Shown: positions 35,922-46,053 of the stretch, one piece after another
Position numbering within the stretch: the stretch's first letter is position 1
How the letters are laid out: each line of letters starts with the position of its first letter
Source: a virus
Reading direction: 5' to 3' (one strand)
Virus record (IMG/VR): IMGVR_UViG_3300045988_069050
Coordinates: 1-64,000 of that record
DNA length: 64,000 nucleotides
Program-made: the position numbers and the translations under genes
Notes under the pieces: generated by a model
What the model was told of the DNA's origin: nothing
Seen by the model: only the letters and a program-made list of their open reading frames with translations
The model's database searches: none

Positions 35922-37462
35922 TTAATGCTACAGATGGTTACAAGTTGGGCCATCACAGAATGTACCCCGAAGGTACTGAACAAGTTTATAGTAACTGGAC
36001 TCCTAGAAGTAATAAATACTTCCCAGAAGCAACCGAAGGTTCAGTAGTATTTGGTATTCAATACCTAATCAAAGAATATCTCATTAAACAGTTTGAGAAA
36101 AACTTCTTTAATCTACCAAAGAAGGAAGCTGTGGAGATGTTCTATCGTAGAGTAAACAACTTTGTTGGTATTGAATCCGTTGGGTACAGACATATTGAAG
36201 CTTTATATGACCTTGGGTATCTACCAATTCGCATAAAGGCTCTTCCTGAAGGTTCTGTGTGCCCTATTCGGGTTCCCATGATGACCATTACAAATACTCT
36301 ACCCGAGTTCTTTTGGTTAACTAACTACTTAGAGACTATTATCAGCTGTACCTTGTGGATGCCATGCACATCTGCTACTAGAGCTAGGCTTTATAAGAAA
36401 GAGCTACATCGTCATGCTTGCAAGACTGGTTTTCCAACAGATGTAAATCTTGGTTTTTGTTGTCATGATTTCTCAATGCGAGGTATGGCGGGAATGGAAG
36501 CCGCAATTATATCTGGTATGGCGCATATGACTTCTTTTGTGGGAAGTGAAACTATTCCAGCTATTGCTGCTTTGGAAGAATATTATGGAGCTAATTCAGA
36601 CGAGGAATTGATTGCTGCTACAGTTCCAGCAACAGAACACTCTGTAATGTGTGCTGGAGGAGAGGAAGATGAGCTGGGCACTTTCAAACGTCTAATTAAT
36701 GATTTGTATCCTTCTGGGTTTGTTTCTATTGTATCTGATACTTGGGATTTCTGGAATGTAATTGAAAATTTCTTGCCCAAGCTGAAGAAAGACATTATGG
36801 CTCGTGATGGTAGAGTAGTAATCCGTCCTGATAGTGGAGACCCAGTAGATATAATCTGCGGGTTGAGAACTAATCCTCACTTCAATACCAGAATGAAAGA
36901 AGGTAAGTATTATTGCTGCTATGCTCCGTTTAACGACGATGCAGAGTATGTTGAAGTGTCCGAAGGTCAATATTATGGGGCATATTATATGCTTGGTAAA
37001 ATCTTCGGATGGAATACTACTTCAAAGGATTACCGTTATCCTAGCACTAAGGTTGGTCTGCTTTATGGAGATTCTATTACTCTGGAACGTCAAAAGCAAA
37101 TCTACTTGAGATTAGAAAACGCTCATATGGCGGCTTGTAATCTCGTTCTGGGAGTAGGTTCATATTCCTATCAGTATGCAAGTAGAGATAGTCTTGGGTT
37201 TGCTATTAAGGCTACTGCTTGCGTAGTAAATGGCGAATTGAAAGAAATCTTCAAACATCCTAAAACTGATGATGGTACTAAGAACTCTTTGAAAGGTTTG
37301 ATTGCTGTCTATAAATGTCTGGATGGGAAGTATACTGCTACCGACCAGGTCTCAATCGAGGAGGAAAAAGAGGGATGCTTAGAGACTGTCTTTGAAGATG
37401 GTATCTTGAAGAAAGAATATTCTCTTGAAGAAATCAGACAAAGAATTGACCATGGACTTTAA
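35912..37462 (+). CDS. nadV: nicotinamide phosphoribosyltransferase family protein (NAMPT/NadV-like; alternatively Namat-like)
   Basis: 516 aa; N-terminal DGYKLGHH and overall NAPRTase/NAMPT family pattern. Confidence 0.85.
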   Translation: MEIINATDGYKLGHHRMYPEGTEQVYSNWTPRSNKYFPEATEGSVVFGIQYLIKEYLIKQFEKNFFNLPKKEAVEMFYRRVNNFVGIESVGYRHIEALYDLGYLPIRIKALPEGSVCPIRVPMMTITNTLPEFFWLTNYLETIISCTLWMPCTSATRARLYKKELHRHACKTGFPTDVNLGFCCHDFSMRGMAGMEAAIISGMAHMTSFVGSETIPAIAALEEYYGANSDEELIAATVPATEHSVMCAGGEEDELGTFKRLINDLYPSGFVSIVSDTWDFWNVIENFLPKLKKDIMARDGRVVIRPDSGDPVDIICGLRTNPHFNTRMKEGKYYCCYAPFNDDAEYVEVSEGQYYGAYYMLGKIFGWNTTSKDYRYPSTKVGLLYGDSITLERQKQIYLRLENAHMAACNLVLGVGSYSYQYASRDSLGFAIKATACVVNGELKEIFKHPKTDDGTKNSLKGLIAVYKCLDGKYTATDQVSIEEEKEGCLETVFEDGILKKEYSLEEIRQRIDHGL

Positions 37463-37889
37463 TCATCCTTTTGGGAAAGAAGCTTGCAAGAAACGACTAT
37501 TAGAAGAGTATCATAAATACGGAAAGCTAATAGTCGCTTTCGATTTTGATAATACTATTTTCGATTACCATAATACTGGCGGAGATTATAGTTGCGTTAT
37601 AGAACTACTTAAAGAATGCTCACTTCTAGGTTTTGAAATGATTTTATTCACCACTGATGAAGATGATTATAAAATTATGGCAAAGCAGACAATTTGTATG
37701 CGATTAGGAATAGCAAATATTACTTCTAATACTTTATCTGCTCCAAACATTAGTAGTTCTATATTCTCTAAATCTAAGAAACCTTATTACAATATCCTCC
37801 TAGATGATAGGGCAGGTCTGGAAGAAAGTTATGAAATCTTAAAATATGTAGTAGATGAAATTAAACTTAATCAACAAGGAAATCAGTGA
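37425..37889 (+). CDS. HAD-superfamily phosphatase (motif I FDFDNTIF)
   Basis: DxDxT motif. Confidence 0.65.
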   Translation: MKKSDKELTMDFNHPFGKEACKKRLLEEYHKYGKLIVAFDFDNTIFDYHNTGGDYSCVIELLKECSLLGFEMILFTTDEDDYKIMAKQTICMRLGIANITSNTLSAPNISSSIFSKSKKPYYNILLDDRAGLEESYEILKYVVDEIKLNQQGNQ

Positions 37890-38664
37890 AATTAAGTACG
37901 ATGTTACTAGATTTCCTGATGGAGAGCCTCAGTTTTTCCTTACTGAGGAATTAAACAGAAAGGAATCTATTGATGTCATTTGTAGAATATCTAATACTGA
38001 GGATTTATTCCTCTTAGTGCAAGTAGGAGATATTTTAGATAGACAAGAAGTAGAATGGGATTTACACATTACTTATTTAATGTCTATGCGTATGGATAGA
38101 GTAATGAGTTTTAATCGTCCATTCTCCTTGAAAGTAGTATGTAATATGTTAAATAGCTTAGGCTATAGAAACATATATGTTCTTGAGGCACATTCTAGTA
38201 GAACTTTTCATCTTCTTGGTGACAGATGTTTACCTTGGGAATTTGGACACCACTCTTGGATTCCAGCCCAAAGTAATATCGTGTTCCCAGACCATGGGGC
38301 GAAGGACAGATATGGAAGTAACTATTCTCACTATGGTTATTTAGTCTTCAAAAAGGAAAGAAATCTAGAGACTGGAAGAATTGAGTCCTTTGAAATAGAG
38401 GAGTCTAAGAATTGCTACTATTCTACATTTGTGTTCATTGATGACTTGTGTGATGCCGGAGGAACTTTCCTAGGAGAGCTTAAGGTTCTCAAAGAGAGAT
38501 ATCCAAATAGCAAGTTTATCATAATCGTATGTCACGCAGTTAATGATAAAGGTCTGATTAATATGTGTAATAATTTTGACCAGGTTATTGTATCTAATTC
38601 TCATAGGGATATTAATTATCGTCCCAGCAACGAGAACTTAACTGTAATAGACGTTTGTAAATAA
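37855..38664 (+). CDS. ribose-phosphate pyrophosphokinase family protein (PrsA-like; possibly ADPR-pyrophosphokinase Adps-like)
   Basis: RFPDGEPQ N-terminal motif and VFIDDLCDAGGT PRPP-binding-type loop. Confidence 0.75.
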   Translation: MKLNLINKEISEIKYDVTRFPDGEPQFFLTEELNRKESIDVICRISNTEDLFLLVQVGDILDRQEVEWDLHITYLMSMRMDRVMSFNRPFSLKVVCNMLNSLGYRNIYVLEAHSSRTFHLLGDRCLPWEFGHHSWIPAQSNIVFPDHGAKDRYGSNYSHYGYLVFKKERNLETGRIESFEIEESKNCYYSTFVFIDDLCDAGGTFLGELKVLKERYPNSKFIIIVCHAVNDKGLINMCNNFDQVIVSNSHRDINYRPSNENLTVIDVCK

Positions 38665-38674
38665 CAAAATAAAA

Positions 38675-38977
38675 ATGGTAATTGAAGGTCCTTTTTACAG
38701 ACTTACTCCCATTAGTGAATCTTCTCCGAGGTTTGACTTGGAATTGTTGTATGATATTGGTGGGAAAAATCCGAGAAAAGAATTTAAAGTGGAAGGCTAT
38801 GGCTATCCCCTAGAAGCTGCTATAGAGCGATGTCGCCATTATGCAGTAAGAAAAAAGTTCGGAAAAGATGAAGTTATAACTTTAGGTAGGTACTTAGATG
38901 AGTTTAAAAAGGCAAAGGAGGAAATTAAACTCGAAGTCTCAGGAGATTCAGGAGATTCTAGCGGAGAGGCTGAATAA
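38675..38977 (+). CDS. hypothetical protein (100 aa)
   Basis: ORF. Confidence 0.5.
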   Translation: MVIEGPFYRLTPISESSPRFDLELLYDIGGKNPRKEFKVEGYGYPLEAAIERCRHYAVRKKFGKDEVITLGRYLDEFKKAKEEIKLEVSGDSGDSSGEAE

Positions 38978-39371
38978 GCTTTGTAGATTCTTAGATGAGG
39001 AATATGACGTTAATTGTGGAGGGTGTTGCTATATAGCATACTGTCTAGCTAGGCTACTAAGTAGAGATAAATTCAAGTTCAAAGTCATTATTTACGAGGA
39101 TTATGAACTAGAAGAAAAGTTTAGCGAAGTAGCGAGAAGTCATTATCATTATGCGATTTCTATTGGAAAGTACACCATAAACGCAGCAGATTGTGATGAT
39201 GACGATAGCTTTTGCAGAAATGTGTATACTGGCGTAAAAGCTTCCGAACTACTATCTCACTATCAGAAATGTAGCTGGAATGACTGTTATAATACTCAAA
39301 AGAATCAATTCATTTTTAAGACTATAAAGGTGTTTTATGACGACCTCACGGAGGACTTACGAGAAGGATAA
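38898..39371 (+). CDS. hypothetical Cys-rich protein (157 aa)
   Basis: ORF. Confidence 0.5.
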   Translation: MSLKRQRRKLNSKSQEIQEILAERLNKLCRFLDEEYDVNCGGCCYIAYCLARLLSRDKFKFKVIIYEDYELEEKFSEVARSHYHYAISIGKYTINAADCDDDDSFCRNVYTGVKASELLSHYQKCSWNDCYNTQKNQFIFKTIKVFYDDLTEDLREG

Positions 39372-39621
39372 ACAAATTGTGCATACGCACGATAAGTTTA
39401 TCTACTGTAGTTCAGTATATCAAATATGGAGCTGGGGAGCTGCTCTAATGGAAGAAAAATACTACTCTTCTAATAAACCTATTGTATTGAAAAAGAATCA
39501 ACTATGTTGTAAGAGGAAGAAGTACTCTTTGCATAGATTCTTTGAATTACAATTTGCTCCCGAAGAATATTTAATTAATAACGGTTTTAAAATTGTAGAA
39601 AATGAAACAGGATGTGATTGA
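39337..39621 (+). CDS. hypothetical protein (94 aa)
   Basis: ORF. Confidence 0.4.
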   Translation: MTTSRRTYEKDKQIVHTHDKFIYCSSVYQIWSWGAALMEEKYYSSNKPIVLKKNQLCCKRKKYSLHRFFELQFAPEEYLINNGFKIVENETGCD

Positions 39622-40186
39622 GTACATGGTAGACTCATTTGTAGACTTTAAGGGTGAAGAACGTAAAATTGTAGCTTGTGCTTTAAGTCAGGCTGCTGAA
39701 GTAAGTGAGGATGATTGTGTCTTAGCAGTAGGTTGGGTAGCTCCCGATGAATACATATGCACAAATGATCCGGACTATGCTAGAATCTGTAGAGTAGTAA
39801 CCGTTGGTATTGCAGTATGTAATCCTAGTGATACCTTCGATTTGGCTAAGGGACAGAAGAAGGCTTACGATAAGGCTCTTCATGATCCAAAGTGTCCAGC
39901 TATTTATACTACATCTAGAGGTGTAGCAGGTAAAGTGCTGGTAAAAGCATTCTTGGAACAGGAGCTTACTTTCTTGAAAGAAAATCCAGAGCGTATCATT
40001 AAGGGGTATAACCAAATGAAAGCTCGATTCGAAAGAAAAGAAGCCCTCAAGAACGAAATCAAAAATCTCTCTGATAAAGAGAAGCAAGCTTTGAATCTAG
40101 CTAAAGAAGGTATAGATGTAGTTAAATGCGCTGAACTGGTAACTAAAGCCAAGGCAATAGGCGTTGAGCTAAATGAACAGGACTAA
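39602..40186 (+). CDS. hypothetical protein (194 aa)
   Basis: ORF. Confidence 0.6.
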   Translation: MKQDVIEYMVDSFVDFKGEERKIVACALSQAAEVSEDDCVLAVGWVAPDEYICTNDPDYARICRVVTVGIAVCNPSDTFDLAKGQKKAYDKALHDPKCPAIYTTSRGVAGKVLVKAFLEQELTFLKENPERIIKGYNQMKARFERKEALKNEIKNLSDKEKQALNLAKEGIDVVKCAELVTKAKAIGVELNEQD

Positions 40187-40478
40187 GTTTTGCTATATCT
40201 TAATAGCCTTGATGGGATTGTTAATTATTTATTTGCTAATACCTAAGAAGGAAACCGCAGTTTCTCCGCCTAATGTGCAGGAAATAGTAAGGGATTCTAT
40301 AATTAGAGATAGCATCTATATAGTTAACGATTCCATCGTGGAGAAAATTAAGTATATAGACAAAGAGTATGATGAGAAAGTATCTACTATTATGTCTAGT
40401 TCTGATAGCATCAATTTGTGCTTTTTCTCAGAATACATCGACCGTTACAATAACCAGCGAGCAACTAAAAACAACTAA
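40173..40478 (+). CDS. membrane-anchored protein (101 aa)
   Basis: N-terminal TM. Confidence 0.45.
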   Translation: MNRTKFCYILIALMGLLIIYLLIPKKETAVSPPNVQEIVRDSIIRDSIYIVNDSIVEKIKYIDKEYDEKVSTIMSSSDSINLCFFSEYIDRYNNQRATKNN

Positions 40479-40743
40479 TCTGATATTTGCCGAGCATCAG
40501 AAGTTGTCTGAAACTGTTCCGTTATTGAATAAGCGAATAACTAATCTAGAACTAATAAATAAGAGTTGGGAAAAAACGGATTCTCTTCGTAGAGTTCAGT
40601 TACTGTATTATGGAAACATAATTGAAGATAAAAATAGATCTATTGAAGGTCTTAATAAGTCTTTAAAAAAGAAGCAGAATGTCATTAAATATGGCGCTGC
40701 TGGTTCATGTGTATTAATATTATTATGCCTATTACTGAAGTAA
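40369..40743 (+). CDS. secreted protein with C-terminal TM (signal MMRKYLLLCLVLIASICAFSQ)
   Basis: Signal peptide and coiled-coil. Confidence 0.5.
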   Translation: MMRKYLLLCLVLIASICAFSQNTSTVTITSEQLKTTNLIFAEHQKLSETVPLLNKRITNLELINKSWEKTDSLRRVQLLYYGNIIEDKNRSIEGLNKSLKKKQNVIKYGAAGSCVLILLCLLLK

Positions 40744-40897
40744 TGTTTAAGGACAAAGATGGTTTTCACTACAAACATCCTGAACGTAGCTGCACTAGGT
40801 GTAAGAATTACCCTTGCTTGCCTAACATGGATAAGCTGCAAGGAGACTTCGCTTCTTATGGTTGTAGGAAGTTCGAGGATATTAATACATTTGAAGT

Positions 40898-41221
40898 GTG
40901 GAAACCAAAGAAGTAACTTACCATGTCAAATTTGTTGCTGAATGTGAGGACGGGATGGGATACGCTAATTATGTCTTTGAAAGGCTAGAATATGATAATC
41001 TAGATTACAAGGATATAATGTGTGTTCGATTCCCGAATTGGAACCAGTGTTCTATGAAATTAGGAGATGTCGGCTATGTTTCACTAAGATACGTAGAAGA
41101 AGGCATCGATAGATGGTACGATGGTAAAGATTTTGTTCCATACAAGGATAGTAATATAATTTTCTTGAAATTTATTCATGAAAAGCCTATCATTGAAGAT
41201 GGACAAATATTATTAGATTAA
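40898..41221 (+). CDS. hypothetical protein (107 aa)
   Basis: ORF. Confidence 0.5.
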   Translation: METKEVTYHVKFVAECEDGMGYANYVFERLEYDNLDYKDIMCVRFPNWNQCSMKLGDVGYVSLRYVEEGIDRWYDGKDFVPYKDSNIIFLKFIHEKPIIEDGQILLD

Positions 41222-41266
41222 CATTAAAAAGGAGATAAACTATGAAGTATTTTTAAAGAATAATTT

Positions 41267-42130
41267 ATGACTGTATTAGGAGATAAGCTGAGAGAGGCTT
41301 TGAGCGATAAAGCAAACGACGTTAATAGCTATGTATGGAAAGGACCTAAGGTAAATGGGGTCCAGGAGGAAATTAAATTGGTAGACGCAGGTTATGACCA
41401 GCTGAGACGATTCTACAATCATTGTGAACAAATGTTGTACAACTCTGATACCAAGAATCCGGGTCGTGTAACATTACTCGGAATTGTGTCCGACCAAATA
41501 CAAAGATGTCGTGCAGAGCTTCTTATTAGATGGCTTAGAGCTGAAAAGCAATACACAAACACACGTTGTTTGGAAGACTTGAAAGCTGTTATCAAAAACA
41601 ATAAGGAAGTGTTAACTAATGAGGCTATTAAGGTCTATCCAATTGGAGAGATTCTTAATGGAATCCCTGTAGAGTTTAGAGAAGTACCGGTAAGTTTAGT
41701 TATGGATGCTTGTTTAGATTCCTTGGGATTGTTTGACAACTCTCATTTGACGCTTAACTTCATTGTAAAAATGGGACTGTGGTTTACACAGCAAGAAATG
41801 CAGAAAGACTTGTATCGTAAAGACCCAGTGACAGGTAAAGCTGTTAACAGACTGTTAGTAGTAAGTAAGGAACTTCGTTTGAATCCTTCTATAGCTCTGA
41901 AAATCTGTGATACTGGATTAAGTTATGCTGAGTTTAGATCTATGTGTAGATTGAAACGAGATAAATATGCTAACTTAACTAGTGATCAGCTCAGACTGCT
42001 ATCAAACAAAGTTCTTTATCGCTTCCAAAATCAATGCGAGAACCAGGCTAAACAATGGAAGGATAAGATGGAAGAAATCAAGAAAGTTGCAGAACTTAAA
42101 GGATGGGACATCACTAGGAATATAGATTGA
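41267..42130 (+). CDS. hypothetical protein (287 aa)
   Basis: ORF. Confidence 0.7.
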   Translation: MTVLGDKLREALSDKANDVNSYVWKGPKVNGVQEEIKLVDAGYDQLRRFYNHCEQMLYNSDTKNPGRVTLLGIVSDQIQRCRAELLIRWLRAEKQYTNTRCLEDLKAVIKNNKEVLTNEAIKVYPIGEILNGIPVEFREVPVSLVMDACLDSLGLFDNSHLTLNFIVKMGLWFTQQEMQKDLYRKDPVTGKAVNRLLVVSKELRLNPSIALKICDTGLSYAEFRSMCRLKRDKYANLTSDQLRLLSNKVLYRFQNQCENQAKQWKDKMEEIKKVAELKGWDITRNID

Positions 42131-43404
42131 TGAAAGACCTCTTTACTCCTGTTACTCGTGATGAGCGACAGGAGCAATGTAAGAGAGCCTGGTTATTACA
42201 TAAAGGAAGAGGCACCATAGAAGCCTGTACAGGCTTTGGTAAAACACGATGTGCTATTAATTGTTTAAAGGCTGTTCTATCTAAATATCCTACTATTAGA
42301 GCATTGGTAGTAGTCCCCACGGAACTTTTAAAGAATCAGTGGATAGATATATTAGATAAGGAAGGTCTAGGGTTAAATACAGAGGTGCAAGTTGTAAATA
42401 CTACAGCAAAGAATGGATACGAATGTGACTTTTTAATCATTGATGAAATCCATAGAACTGCTGCTGAGACTTTACAATTTGTATTTAGTAAGGTTAAATA
42501 CAAGTTAATTCTTGGACTAACTGCTACTCTGGAAAGACTTGACGGTAGACATACTATAGTCGAGAAATATTGCCCTGTAGTTGATAGCGTAACTATTGAA
42601 GTAGCCAAAGCCAATGGTTGGGTATCTGATTTTACTGAATATCAAGTAATTATCACAGCAGAAGACATCGAAAGCTATCGAGAGCAAAATAGGGAATTTA
42701 TAAGACATTTTGAATTCTTTAACTTTGATTTTGGACTCGCAATGAGTATGGTTGGTAAAGACGGCCTCAGAAATAGGCTTAATTACAGAAACCAGATTTG
42801 TAGTAGTTCGGATAAAGCTGAGCTGTCTAATGCTTTGAAGCAGATTACCTTTCATTCTACAGCTTTTATGAGAGCTTTACAAGCTAGAAAAAAGTTTATC
42901 CATAATCATCCGGCTAAATTAGAAGTGGCTAGGGAGATTATTGCTCACAGAGCAGACAAGAAAATTATTACATTCTCTGCTAACACTGCAATGGCAGAGA
43001 AGATAGGAGTAGGATATGTTTACACTGGCAAAGAAAGTAAAAAACAAAACAGAATTACACTTGAGGAGTTCGCCCTACTAGACAAGGGCGTGATTAATAG
43101 CTGTAAATTGGCTATTGAAGGTTTTGATTGTCCCGGTCTATCGGTCGGGATAATGCTTGGAGTTGACTCTAGTAGCACAAAAAGCACTCAAGCCGCTGGT
43201 AGGGTCATTAGAAAAGAAGGTTCTAAATACTCTGAAATATTCACATTAGTGCTAGAAGATACCGTTGAACAAGAATGGTTTAAGAAGTCTCATCAAAAGA
43301 GCGAGTATGTTACTATTGATGTAGATAACTTACGAAAGTTACTTAATGGAGAGCCTTGGGAACCTTACAAGAAAAAATTGCAGAATTTTACCTATCGTTT
43401 TTAA
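42127..43404 (+). CDS. superfamily-2 DNA helicase (DEIH box)
   Basis: TGFGKT Walker A, IIDEIH Walker B, LGLTAT motif III. Confidence 0.85.
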   Translation: MMKDLFTPVTRDERQEQCKRAWLLHKGRGTIEACTGFGKTRCAINCLKAVLSKYPTIRALVVVPTELLKNQWIDILDKEGLGLNTEVQVVNTTAKNGYECDFLIIDEIHRTAAETLQFVFSKVKYKLILGLTATLERLDGRHTIVEKYCPVVDSVTIEVAKANGWVSDFTEYQVIITAEDIESYREQNREFIRHFEFFNFDFGLAMSMVGKDGLRNRLNYRNQICSSSDKAELSNALKQITFHSTAFMRALQARKKFIHNHPAKLEVAREIIAHRADKKIITFSANTAMAEKIGVGYVYTGKESKKQNRITLEEFALLDKGVINSCKLAIEGFDCPGLSVGIMLGVDSSSTKSTQAAGRVIRKEGSKYSEIFTLVLEDTVEQEWFKKSHQKSEYVTIDVDNLRKLLNGEPWEPYKKKLQNFTYRF

Positions 43405-43406
43405 TT

Positions 43407-43574
43407 ATGGAAACTTATTACACTAAAAAAGAGTTTAATGAGATGAAGTCTGCTTTGACTAAGAAGTGCAAAGCATTGGAAACTAAAGTTAGTAAGCTTA
43501 CCGCTGAATTGAAGGAATTAAAGAAGGACTATGCAGTACTTCTTGAAACTGCCAGCGAAAAAGTTGAGGACTAA
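43407..43574 (+). CDS. small coiled-coil protein (55 aa)
   Basis: First ATG after the helicase stop. Confidence 0.4.
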   Translation: METYYTKKEFNEMKSALTKKCKALETKVSKLTAELKELKKDYAVLLETASEKVED

Positions 43575-43661
43575 AGTTTATCACGTAACCAAGTTTTAAC
43601 GCTTTAACAAGTAAACTAGACTTGGTGTATAGATTAGTAGAAAATCTATTAATTTGTACAC

Positions 43662-44267
43662 GTGAAAAATCTTGAACTGAAACAGCAACTTTTGTTTTGT
43701 GAAAAATATAGCATAAACCCAAGTGAGCTGTTGTTGTTAGAAATTCTTCTTATCGCCCAAGAGGGTGATGAACCCGAAATTGTCCACGAGTATTTCTCTT
43801 CTAGAGTATGCGCTCGTGGTTTTACAATAGAACTATTAACTGGACTTCGCGATGCTGGAGTTATTCATAAATCCTATAAGATTCCTGAGAAAGGGTCTGT
43901 ATTTAACCCACTAGATGTTCCTCTAAATAAGTTAGTTGTGAAAGACTTTTATAAGTGTTCATTCGACTTAGGTAAGGAATTGTGGGATACTTATCCATTA
44001 TTTGGAATAGTTAATAATACACAAGTGGGTCTGAAAAGCGTATCTAAGAAATTTGATACAATTGAAGACTTCTATAGGTTTTATGGTAAAACTATCAGAT
44101 GGAAGCCAGAAACTCATAACCATATTATAGAGTTAGTTAAGTGGGCTAATGAACACAATATATTGTGTACCACAATAGCTAATTTTGTAATAGACCATAA
44201 GTGGGAAGAACTAGAGGCATTAAAGAATGAAGGCGGAGTTAATTATGATTCTATGAGATTACTATGA
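43662..44267 (+). CDS. hypothetical protein (201 aa), possibly a helicase-loader/accessory protein by position
   Basis: ORF immediately upstream of the DnaB-like helicase. Confidence 0.55.
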   Translation: MKNLELKQQLLFCEKYSINPSELLLLEILLIAQEGDEPEIVHEYFSSRVCARGFTIELLTGLRDAGVIHKSYKIPEKGSVFNPLDVPLNKLVVKDFYKCSFDLGKELWDTYPLFGIVNNTQVGLKSVSKKFDTIEDFYRFYGKTIRWKPETHNHIIELVKWANEHNILCTTIANFVIDHKWEELEALKNEGGVNYDSMRLL

Positions 44268-45358
44268 TTTCTGATAAACTTCTCAATGAAATTGATAGAG
44301 GTAGACAGGGACTAAATCATGGTATTTCTATGAAACTTCCTAAGCTAGAGAGTATTATTGATGGAGTTACTAGGGAAACCTATACTTTAATTCTATCAAA
44401 CTCTGGTGCAGGTAAGACTTCGTTTGCCTTATATGCTTATGTATATCGACCACTAATGGAACATCTTGATGATGATGATTTTAAGGTATTATATTTCAGT
44501 CTTGAAATGGGAGAAGTAGCTTTGTATATTAAGCTGTTATCCATATATATATTTGAGACCTATGGAATCCAACTATCTTTTAAGAAGATATTGTCAAGAG
44601 AAAAAGAATATATTTTATCTGATGAGCATTATGACTTAGTTAAGCAATGTATGCCTTGGATAGATAAGATTAGTAAGAAGTTAGAAATCTATGACAAGAA
44701 GGTAACTCCGAAGAAGGTATATGCCATCTTGAAAACTAGGTTGGAGGAAATGGGAACCTTTTCTGAAAGTGAAACCCGCCTCGTCTATACTCCAAATAAT
44801 CCTAATCTTATTTATAATGTAGTTGTAGACCATATTGGTCTTGTTGGTACAAAGCCTGATATTGATTTGTTGTCTAGCTATCTTCTTTTTCTTAGAGATA
44901 AGTGTTTTATTAGTCCTGTAGTAATACAGCAAGCTAATAGAGAGCAGGGAAATATTGAGAGGTTTAAACAAGGCAAAAGTGCGTTTACTATTCACGATGC
45001 TAAGGATTCAGGTAATACTGTGCAAGATTGTAATATCATGATTGCATTGTATAATCCTCACAGAGATGGATTGAAGACTTATAAACATTACAATATTGAG
45101 TATCTAGGCTCTTATTATAGGAGTATTATGGTACTTAAGAACCGATATGGGGATTGCGATGTTGAGGTTGGAGTAAACTTCTTTGGATGGATTAATATGT
45201 TCTACGAGCTGCCGAAGCCCGATGAAATTTATGATTATGAGAGATATACAAGTCCAAACTATATATTAGAAGATAATAGTTCTATTGTAGAACAGGAGCT
45301 AGATGATATTACAGAATTAGATAATTCAAATTCGAATTTTAATTTTGCATTAGAATAA
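44264..45358 (+). CDS. DnaB-like replicative helicase (C-terminal RecA-like domain)
   Basis: LSNSGAGKTSF Walker A, SLEMGE, VVDHIGLVG, QQANRE motifs. Confidence 0.8.
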   Translation: MISDKLLNEIDRGRQGLNHGISMKLPKLESIIDGVTRETYTLILSNSGAGKTSFALYAYVYRPLMEHLDDDDFKVLYFSLEMGEVALYIKLLSIYIFETYGIQLSFKKILSREKEYILSDEHYDLVKQCMPWIDKISKKLEIYDKKVTPKKVYAILKTRLEEMGTFSESETRLVYTPNNPNLIYNVVVDHIGLVGTKPDIDLLSSYLLFLRDKCFISPVVIQQANREQGNIERFKQGKSAFTIHDAKDSGNTVQDCNIMIALYNPHRDGLKTYKHYNIEYLGSYYRSIMVLKNRYGDCDVEVGVNFFGWINMFYELPKPDEIYDYERYTSPNYILEDNSSIVEQELDDITELDNSNSNFNFALE

Positions 45359-46053
45359 TGGCTGCTGAAACAATTGCTATCGTAGGTGAATCAGGTACTG
45401 GAAAAAGTACAAGTTTAAGAAATCTTAATCCCGAAACTACTTTTATTATAAGTACTACGGGTAAACCCCTTCCCTTCCGTGCATGGAAGAAGAAGTATAT
45501 TCCCATCAAAATCGAAGGAAAGAACGTGAGTGGTAACTACTATGTAAGTTCAAAGTGGGACCAAATACTGAAAATTCTTCAAATTATTGATAAGATGATG
45601 CCACACATCAAGCAGGTAATCATTGATGACTTCCAATATGTTCTCTCTTATGAGTTCGTTGATAGAGCAACTGAAGTTGGTTATACTAAGTTTAGTGAAT
45701 TAGCTCAACACGCTATGGAAATTCTGAGATATTCAGAAAAGATGAGAGAGGATTGCAAAATGATCTTCTTGACTCACTCAGAAAATGTTGGAGACAACGT
45801 TAATCCTAAGTATGTTATCAAGACTGTTGGTAAGTTGCTGTCTGAAAAAGTAACCTTGGAAGGTTTGTTTACATATATCTTCTTTACTAAAGTAAACGAA
45901 GGAGACTCCGGTAGAATGGAGTATAAGCTTATCACTAACAATGATGGTAGCTGTGTAGCAAAGACTTCTTTGGGAATGTTTGAAGACTTAGAAATTGATA
46001 ATGATTTGGATGAGATTATTAAAGTTATTGACGCTTATAACGAAGGGGAATAA
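45358..46053 (+). CDS. phage AAA-domain ATPase (Sak4/RecA-like)
   Basis: GESGTGKST P-loop, size and position between helicase and primase. Confidence 0.75.
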   Translation: MAAETIAIVGESGTGKSTSLRNLNPETTFIISTTGKPLPFRAWKKKYIPIKIEGKNVSGNYYVSSKWDQILKILQIIDKMMPHIKQVIIDDFQYVLSYEFVDRATEVGYTKFSELAQHAMEILRYSEKMREDCKMIFLTHSENVGDNVNPKYVIKTVGKLLSEKVTLEGLFTYIFFTKVNEGDSGRMEYKLITNNDGSCVAKTSLGMFEDLEIDNDLDEIIKVIDAYNEGE

